Source: a virus
Taxonomy: Duplodnaviria; Caudoviricetes
IMG/VR virus record: IMGVR_UViG_3300028804_000001
Span: 161,629-225,628 of that record
DNA length: 64,000 nucleotides
Strand: one strand, 5' to 3'
Positions 9,101-17,400 of this stretch are shown piece by piece. The position numbers and the translations under genes are program-made. Position 1 is the first letter of the stretch. Each line of letters begins with the position of its first letter. A model generated the notes under the pieces. That model did not search any database and was not told the origin of the DNA. It saw nothing but the letters and a program-made list of their open reading frames with translations.

Positions 9101-11272
9101 ACCTTCTCTTGCTTTAAAGTGGCAACAGTAAAGGGCTAACTTATTACCATTTCCCCTGCTTAGCATTACCTTAAGAACTGGCCTTAGATTAAAGTCAGGT
9201 CTCGTTTGCCCTTGCTGGTCTAAGCTTAATGATTTAATACCAGGTGCAAGATTCTCTGGATAGAGAACTCCACTCTCATTCACTTCAATCTTTAGCTTAG
9301 TAAGAACTCCAACTGTTTGTATTGTAACTCCAGCTGGGAAAGAATACGCTTCGTATTTTATAGTATCTATCTCATTATTTGGATGGGGCTCTCTGATTTT
9401 TCTGGAAGCGATACTGTTAAGCATATCTCTAAACATATGCAATGCTAGAGATTTATTTCCCATTTCCTCGAGTATGATTATATCTGGATTCTGATCATGG
9501 AGAAATTTAGCGAATAAGAATAATCTATCCTGACCTACTTCTTGATCTACCAAACCTTGTTCGTTCATCCCAGGGATACCAGTGGACTTTTCAGTGAGGA
9601 CAAGGTTCTTAAGGTTGTATTGAACTATCTTTAGATTTTTTCTCTGATTATAATCTCTTTGATGTTTAACCTCAATGGAGTCATCAATTGCTACTGCAGA
9701 ATAATTTGGATTATTGGGATACTTGAGTTGAATAAACTTACCGGGTATCTTCTGCGAGTTTAAGTTTATTGTTCTACTAATCTGTGGAACGGTAGCCATC
9801 GACTGGTTCTTTCTTATAGCCGAACCAATATCATATTGAATACTATCTCCAAGAGTCTTACTAAGACTTCCTATAGCATTTAAATTATAACTAAGATCCT
9901 GGCCTACGCCAGAGTTTAAAATAAAACCATGATCGGTAGATTCTTCTGCAGAAATAGAAAACTTATCATTTAGAAAATATGGAGCTATGGATATGGCCCC
10001 ATTTTTAATATCTTCTACAATAACTGCATGTGCGTGATCTGGATTAGGAACAGTTAGACCAAGAGCTTTAAGCTCACTTTCAAATTCATATACTGTCGTA
10101 TTCTGTATATTAGTATGATCTAAAAGAGAATAACTTAAAAGATTATCATCTCCGGCCATATTAATTGGGCCATCATAGTCTGCTAGATCCTGGAGCCCAA
10201 ACATCCTGGTGATCTTATCTATCAGTTCGTTATCACCTTTATAGGCATACTCAAGAGCTTTCTGATTTACTAACTGAGTCTTTACTCCATCTTCATGTTT
10301 AACATACAGAGGCCGTGTTCCATATGCTGCTACTGTTGAGATAGCCCGCACAACAAAGATTACTTCAAATGCACTCTTCTTATCTCGAATACTTTGTATT
10401 GAGAAGTCAATAAGCTGAATATAGAATGGGACTTCCCAGTATGCTTTATTGAGAAGGAATTCTTTAAGCTGTGTAATTCTATCTACTGTTATCTCTCCAA
10501 AGTTATCATCCATGCCAAAGTATTTGGCCAGAGTTCTCATCTCCTCTCCGCCGATATTACGAAGTGCAGGAGAATCTGCAATAGGAGAATCGGCTAATTT
10601 AAATAGTTGGTCTAATTGGAGATTCTTTGGCGTTGGTAAAAAATTGCCCTGGTCATCAAGATGACCTTTATTATACAATAAGTAGAGATCAATGTTATCA
10701 TCTATTGGAGTAACAATCCTCTGTAGATCGGCGTTGTGTACTGGCAAGAAGGGAGCCAGCATGAACTGAGCCATTAGAGGACGAATATTATTATGAATGG
10801 ATAATGCGTTACATTGAAACTTAAGAGTGAATACTTTATCAATAGCCTTGTTGCGTTCAATAATGACTGCTGCAGGAGCTCCGATAGAGTCCCCCGTCAT
10901 TACATTGTTCTCTGCACCTACACTAAAGCCGGTAAACTTTTCCAGGGGATCCCTGGTCATTGAGGACTGTAGTCCTATCTTATTTCTAAACTTATCTTCA
11001 TCTCTCTTATTAAGATCATTAATAAGTTCTTTGGTAGGATCTACCCATTCTGCTCTATCCTGCTCGGGACGGATGTTTACGGATATGATGCGGCTAGGAA
11101 TACTAAGCCAGGTATCTCCAATCTTAATCGCAGATTGGTTCTCCTTAGTTCCAAAGGTCTTTTGGAGGATTTCATCTATGATCTCTCTATCAGTTCTTAC
11201 CTGATTAAGTGCAATAGCATCAAAATCAGATGACTTGAATACAAGATCCTCTATTCTGTTAGGGACTTCCAT
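6194..11272 (-). CDS. 1692-aa virion/baseplate-region protein with an internal exonuclease-endonuclease-phosphatase (EEP, DNase I-like) domain
   Basis: EEP motifs in the correct order: KIVQYNLKNL, PDIIILEEM, LYCCHFKA, YIVAGDFN, TIDHIFYS, FSDHYPI (about 8030-9634). The flanks look structural and the gene lies among tail genes. Confidence 0.8.
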   Translation of the reverse strand: MEVPNRIEDLVFKSSDFDAIALNQVRTDREIIDEILQKTFGTKENQSAIKIGDTWLSIPSRIISVNIRPEQDRAEWVDPTKELINDLNKRDEDKFRNKIGLQSSMTRDPLEKFTGFSVGAENNVMTGDSIGAPAAVIIERNKAIDKVFTLKFQCNALSIHNNIRPLMAQFMLAPFLPVHNADLQRIVTPIDDNIDLYLLYNKGHLDDQGNFLPTPKNLQLDQLFKLADSPIADSPALRNIGGEEMRTLAKYFGMDDNFGEITVDRITQLKEFLLNKAYWEVPFYIQLIDFSIQSIRDKKSAFEVIFVVRAISTVAAYGTRPLYVKHEDGVKTQLVNQKALEYAYKGDNELIDKITRMFGLQDLADYDGPINMAGDDNLLSYSLLDHTNIQNTTVYEFESELKALGLTVPNPDHAHAVIVEDIKNGAISIAPYFLNDKFSISAEESTDHGFILNSGVGQDLSYNLNAIGSLSKTLGDSIQYDIGSAIRKNQSMATVPQISRTINLNSQKIPGKFIQLKYPNNPNYSAVAIDDSIEVKHQRDYNQRKNLKIVQYNLKNLVLTEKSTGIPGMNEQGLVDQEVGQDRLFLFAKFLHDQNPDIIILEEMGNKSLALHMFRDMLNSIASRKIREPHPNNEIDTIKYEAYSFPAGVTIQTVGVLTKLKIEVNESGVLYPENLAPGIKSLSLDQQGQTRPDFNLRPVLKVMLSRGNGNKLALYCCHFKAREGLSTNVTDSGFITEQVRKLESVALLKEILSLNEDIPYIVAGDFNYSYYPESSGLDELRFQGFSNFVIKKDLSTRRAAKVVFRVMDERSRTFQERGVRSLRQSLSNTTPDPNLTGLFQYAMDIITCEDPDLMRLLANADDPNSINKINFGVNLKDYFYGPGNFYSDYLKYGSDDKVEQRFQEMRRLVMFNALSPKFAPNPTNENRSGELAAYRRQYGTFYEESAAANGIESAFTTIDHIFYSYHFFKTGTKVSYSYNHLTNKIIDEYYDGFQAFIPRIEDPNNPLDIEDRWLINVRVLPLSSNDNPDAVTDQQSREQRMGKWKQAVQQDYIITNPRNFPVIPVVEQAIEFSDHYPITSTFSWNYGEEENITLSDTMFSQLFEGKDSVIGQVEAIPFPVVGLSGNGVFSNGDVLTNLTSQEANNTFRLIAFEHKFGTLTANLPCVILSITYSKLIGRYVFIVGYAKTRLFNIPGIVALAAESTDSNYISNAIKLLNQGSFLAMAKEMLRNVYIKEFNAQYTNSGSGSDSSTVDDSTPPAIMYAAGTIASYTNNGRTFGTDVFGASKVNGSIDSADKDLLQGAPVSKPKTRPGDRNTRPRPLNPNKFVDYFIYTEPQLEGLSYLQPARDITSNISECAPFRNYYTHLLHEYVDASVNKKDFFYTYHADTFEPFVRDFRPDKSFAAATDSSIQFTRKIARKYGRSIFARIGDAINTLINLGDGTDLQRAKFLGALARKVMNGVSNRVALIIASQQSLNPARTTEMIKRDLIDNVGPVGEWKNVLYAETMIYIGSRINLLRYLLDGNYEQAIQGRYNEIKNYSFTARSFTGLSEIEAKRLINLEMEVYAFKNLNLDNNQNTTITSSEQSTTTAHGLANEREKIRAFLIAEFQRLASIEERVQKYGERDIEARTLERYYSSRYNVKDPANKPNATAFRIETLLNLFNNSHDLLVSRIWDHIKANSLLDGKFVEEF

Positions 11273-11391
11273 TAACGCTTAATAGTTCTAACTGATACTT
11301 CTTCCTGGGCCATTGCTTCTAAAGTAGACTTTATCTTATCCTCTATACCTGGTTTATACTTATCTGCTGGAATCTGGATTATAAAGCGCAT
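11272..11391 (-). CDS. Small 39-aa hypothetical protein (MRFIIQIPADKYKPGIEDKIKSTLEAMAQEEVSVRTIKR)
   Basis: Below the ORF-track cutoff. ATG at 11391 is preceded by GGGA; its TAA overlaps the next ATG (TAATG at 11272); fills an otherwise empty gap. Confidence 0.6.
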   Translation of the reverse strand: MRFIIQIPADKYKPGIEDKIKSTLEAMAQEEVSVRTIKR

Positions 11392-11442
11392 GTTTATCCC
11401 CGGTAATTAACATCAAGACGATAGGACGCTAGTAAAGTAAAG

Positions 11443-11470
11443 AAAAAACTACCAATTAGGTAATGATAGT
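11443..11470 (-). terminator. Probable intrinsic terminator after the 2780-aa gene
   Basis: Minus strand ACTATCA-ttacctaat-TGGTAGT followed by a T run; 7-bp stem with one G-U pair. Confidence 0.5.
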
Positions 11471-11487
11471 AACGATTTTAGACAGGA

Positions 11488-14400
11488 TTATTGTATACGT
11501 ACTCCGTAAGAGGACTTTTGTTTAAAGTTCTGATTACGGGCATGGTCCTTTTGTTGTATAAAAGTTCTATTCTGCTGCGCATACTGCATTGCTGTTGCAA
11601 CATCTACAGCTCTATTTGGATCCGCGGCTTCTACCATAGGAGCTCTAGGTTTCATATTCATCTCAGATTGTTTGCGGGCTTTCTTTTCCCAATACTCGCC
11701 ACCCTTACCCTGAGTTCTGTCTAGATCTGGAACAGCATAACCACTTAATAACTGGTTAATTCCCATGGCTAAGAATGTTCCAACAAGAGCACTCTTTCCC
11801 ATATTTTTCATTTCCAATGCTGTCGAATGATAGGATTTATTAAGGTTTAATCCTCCTTCTGCATGGCTTATACTATCCCAGTAATTATGAGATTCATGTT
11901 CATTACTCAGTTTAAAAAGCTCAGATACATCATCTGCTCTTTTATTTAAAAACCAGGCTGCTCCAGATATGGCAGCTCTTCTTGGAGCTCCGGCATGAGT
12001 TTCATTTATCCATTTAACATAACCATGGAGATCAAGCTCTCCATTACCGCGGAGATATTCATAACCCATTTCTGCAGATCGCTTCATTACTCTAAAGCCA
12101 CGATCAGCTTCAGCTGCTCCAGTTATTCTTAACTGAAGTTCTACCATTCCTTTACTAAGATCAAAGTCTCTCATCATACGAACATGGCCGGCTCTTAATT
12201 CCATACTGAGAGCATAATGTGCCATTAGAGTATGTGCACCTGCATTAGTAGCTCCCATCTTACTATAGTCTTCCATGTCGGAAGCCATCTGGGTTAGGAT
12301 AGCTCGTGAAAGGTTTCCAGCTTTAGCAGATCTGGATAAGTTCCTATAGTATTTATCTGATCCAAATCTCTCATAAGCAGAATGGAAAAACTTCTCGAGG
12401 GCTTCAGACTGGCTACCACCATGTTTTTCAACAACAGCATTTATTCTAGCCTGAAGATCTCCAACAGCAGGTCCTTTCATTGCTTGGATGTTTACATTCT
12501 TCATAGCTTCAAGAGTTGGAATTTCTCCATTCTGTGAAGCCATTAAAGATTTAATAGCCAGGTCACTTGATAGCATTCTCTTCTTAACAATATCTAGATA
12601 ACCTGAGTATCTCATACGGCCTAGATCCTTTCCAGTTCTAGCCATTACATTCTTTTCCCAGGCCCCAAGATCTACTTCGAATGCTCTAAAGTTAGATATC
12701 TGTCTTACAGTGTTCTTAAACTTATCCAAGCTATCTGGAGTTATCTCTGAAAATGGATTAGTAGGATCTACTAATTTAACATTCTTTGCAGCTTCCTGCA
12801 TCCGCTCTACAAAGCTTCTAATGATATTAGCAGAGCCGTGTTTCGATTGCATCGCCAATTGTTCTGCAGCCGGCCTTATAAATCTCTCTCTTAAAGTATC
12901 TATTACCTCAGTATTAAAAGATGATGGGATATTACTGGTCCCATATCTCTTCTTCATATCTTCTTTAAAAGCCTCTCTACTTGCAGCATGCTTAACTCCA
13001 GTAAACCAATTACGCTCAGCTACCTCTAGAGTTAGGTTTGCAAAGGTAGTATATTTATAAGGGACACCGGCAGCATCTTTAACTATTGAACTGGTCTCAG
13101 GACTTATTCTACCACGAAGATCACTAATAGGTCCAGATTCATCTCCAAGTTCCTGAAAGAAATTTTCCAATCTACTCTTCAAACCTTCAGAGGTTTTTTT
13201 GTATTTAGATGCTAGCTTCTCTCTAGCATCAGAAATAAAAGCAGCTTTGATAGCCCCATCATCAGCAGCTATCTGTGCAAATACCCCACCGGAACCACCA
13301 GCTCCAGGATGGTGCATTGTGGCTGTAAGCTTACCAGAATTCTGAGATAAATGTAATACTATCTTTCTAGAATCGTGATCTGCAAGACCATGGCTAATAA
13401 AAAATAGCTCATCTACATTAGCACCGGCTCTACCTTCCATCCTAGGTTTTAGGATAGATTTGGTGTATGTTTTAGTTAGATCCTCTATCTCTTGAGGAGT
13501 AGCTTTAATATTATAAAGATGAAGAGTGTCCTTAACATGGGAATCTATAACATCTTTAAGAGCAGTCATTTGGTAATATGCATTCTTTCCGATATCTGCA
13601 CTCTTGCGTAGCCATCTCTGGGTAGCTACGTTATATGATCTAAACGTACTCTCATTAGAAGGCTGATAAAGAAGCCGTTCTTGTAAAAGACCGGAAGCTC
13701 TTATCTGTAATTCATTCCTGGCATGCGCAAGCTTAACTGCCTTATCTTCTATTGTTGATATATAAAGATCTCTAGAACCTCTCCCAATATGATACATTAA
13801 GTCCGAGTCCTGGTCACCATCAGCCAGAGCAATATCTATAGATGATCCAAAGATCTGACCGTTATGAAGGCTGTTATCTATTCTAAGAAATAGCTGTCTA
13901 AAGTCAGTTGGACTGTAAATAGATTGTCTAAAGGATGTAAGGGCAATATTGATATTGCCCTTCATTATACCTCTTACTCTACGAACAGATTCATCATATA
14001 ATTTTGCCTTAAGAGAATTAGCACTCTCTGGATCCTGCAGAGACTTGATAAAATCTATAAGGCCCGTTTCTCTTTTAGATACAGAAGAACGTTTAAGGAA
14101 CCTTAATGCATTGTGAAAATCTTTGAGCTGCTTATGATCCTTAATCCTTGTGATATCTGTTTTCTCAAGATAGTCTATGAATGTTTGAAGATGACCGAGC
14201 TCCTTTACTTCATCCCATATAGGAGATACAGTATGTACACCCTGACCTTCGGATATATTCGTTGATATTCTAACAGCTTCATTAACAAGCTTTATCATTT
14301 TGTTAACTTTGGCAGCGTATTTATAAGCCTTTCTGCCACCATGGTCAACACCAAGCATGAAGCGAATTGCTTCTTCCTGATTCATAGTTATATAGCCGGC

Positions 14401-17400
14401 TGCCTGCTCAGCTGATATTGGTATAGAGCCATTTGTTCCAACCTTGGCCTGGATAGCATCTGATCGGAACATAGAATATGTCCCAGGAATAAGCTGCTTA
14501 TAACCTCTGTTTTCTATCTGGGTCCCTTTACCTGCCCCATGAGTCTTAATATACTCAGCTATACCATTGAGATCATTGGCAAACCCATGAATAATATCTG
14601 TATTCAGTTTTTCTAATGCGGAGAGAGTAGCGCCGTCTCCTTTATATGCTCTCTTAGATTCTGCTATATAATCTAGAGCAGATACCATTTGCATAAAACG
14701 CATAGCGACATCAGTTGATGAGCCTTTAGTTATTTTAGCTATTCGAGCACTTGCTATTTTCTTACCATCTACATTTTCCAGTGTAGCTTTTCTAACTACA
14801 TCTTCAATATCGTGATGGTTAAACTCTAATGGTGCTTCTAATATATTCCTATTTCCAAGACCGCTAAGCTGATTAACTATGGCTTCCGATCCTTCAAACC
14901 CACTTAATAAGATCTTAAGGGTTGCAGGACCTTTACCAGAATGCCTGATCACATCTTCTAAATTCTTTCGTAGTATGTTGAATTGTTCTACACCTATTTC
15001 CTTGGATGAATCGAATAGCTTAGTAGCAGCCTCAGTAATATTCATACTGGAAAGAGAATGCGGTCCTCGTATATTTCCTCTTGCTTCAGCTATAGTAGCA
15101 TCAATAAGATCTTTAAAATCTAAGAATTTATTCTGCTGGATTTCCCCAACTATTGCAAGAGCCCTATTTGCATCCCCACCTGCCTGAGCAACTGGATCAG
15201 TTAGAAATGGATTCCGCTTTGGATCAAACGAGCTTCTCTTTCTATCAGTTCTATAAGGATGAAGGAGCATGCTTCTAATGGCATTTCTCTTAACCTTAAT
15301 ATTACCCGCGGCAGATTTTATACTATCTGACATACTCTTGGCAGAGTCTAAGAATCTTAATTGAAAATCTATTTCCTTCTCGAGCCATAACTTTCCAGAA
15401 GCCATATGCTCCTGAACCATATTAGCTGCTGCTGGATTCCTTTGCTTTAAAAGCAGAAGGTCTCTCATGTTGAAATGTACATTGCTGGGAAGAACTCCGG
15501 ATCCACCACGCGGAAAGAACTTAGCAGTGGCATCAGTTCCATACATAATAGTATGAGTATGCTGTCCCTCTATAATCTGAATAGGAGAGAACATACCGCT
15601 TAAGGCAGATACATCTCTTTTAGCTTCTACCTTTAAATCGTGAGATCCAATATCTCTTATAAGCTCTACCGCTAATTTTGGAGCACCGGCACTCTGAGAA
15701 CCATAACGAAATTTATGAATTAAATCAGATACCAATTCTCCAGCTTCTACAAGTGGATGATATGTTCCTACTCTGGTATCCTTATCTATAGCTTTCTTAA
15801 CTATAGTTTCAAGTTCACTATTAAGCTTTCCTGGATTATATATATCAAAATCTTTTAAAGGGTTTAGCTTATCATCTTTCCCTATCTGCCATAAAACCGG
15901 AGCAGGCCCAATGACATCATCTATAAAACCCCCATTAGGTATTCCTCTTTTGAGATTAACTATAAAATCATACTCTCCGGTTTTATTTACTACAACGGGA
16001 GCAGCAGTGTAAAAATTACTAGCTATACTCTTTGCTCTTTCTACTGCATCTGCCAAACCTTGATTTGATTTGAGTAAATCGACAAATGATGATGTTCCTT
16101 TCTGAACTTCGCGTAATCCTCTCAAAGCCTGTATATTATATTCATGAGCACCAGCTGCATCTTTTGATATCTGAAATGGGGTAAGAGTAGATAAGAAAGT
16201 ATATTCGAGAACATACTTCTGTAGATTCAGAAGATTTGTTATTCTCTTACCATGAAAGTCTACTAACTTGAATCTATTTAAGAACCCTTCATTCTTTAGA
16301 TTTCTTAAACTCCATGCCTCTAGCCTGGGATTTCTTTTACGGAATTCTTCATATCTTTCTTTAAGAGCATTAACTGTAGCTCGCATTGTCTGGTTATAAA
16401 CATGAGTAATTACTCCCATGGTTTTATAGCCAGTTGTTCCTTTACTGGCAGTATCTGCTATAATGAACCCTCTTCTACCTCCAGATAATCCTGCAGCATT
16501 TGCAACCTTATTCAAATAAGGATCCTGCATTGCTACTTCAAACTCTCGAGTAGACATAGCAGCTTTTTCTACCACACCATAATGCTTGGCTTGTTTGTAG
16601 TCCCCATCTGGAACAGATTTAATAGCATCAAACTCCAGAGTTCTAATAGGTGGCTCTACATCATTATCTCCAACCGGCTGAGATCTTATGTGAGCTTTCC
16701 AGGATAGGAGAGACTGAGAGAATGAATTGAACTCCCATCCATTAGCTCCTCTTCGTGAGAATACTTCTACACCAGCATCTAGATTGTGTTCTTTGAATGT
16801 ACGACTAATATAACTTCTAGATACTTCTTTATCTGTTCTACTTGCAAGCTGCGCCTGAGCCGATTCAGTTTCGGTAATTAGTTTTTCTAGAAAGCTTCTG
16901 GCTCTATGGCCAGTTTTAATTATCTTACTCTCTCCTATTCCTTCAATAGCAAGTTCTATATCCCATTTACCAGTTTCTTTATTGATGAACTTTCTAAGAT
17001 GGAACTTTCCAGAAGAGGTAGTTGTTACTACGCCAGTAATGCCATCCTCATAACCATCTTTAGCTAACACTCTCAAAGCACCGTCTTCTACAGCAGACCA
17101 CTGGGCACCTCTCGAGGATACAATAGTAGCAACATTGTGTTGCACGTTTGATACAGTCTGCTGTAACCCATTTGCTATTCTTTGTCTTTGTACATCATCC
17201 AAAGATCTAAGAACGGAATTAAGCTCATCTGCTGGATCCCCAGTCAACTGGAGGAATCTTAATCTATGAGTCTTACTCCCAAAGTCGGCTTCTATTACAC
17301 TTTTCTTATTATCTATTCTATATGAGGGATAGGCTATAGAACGAATACCTACATTTCTATCTCGAACGTAGTTTGCATTGGTAGATATCCTGGTATACTT

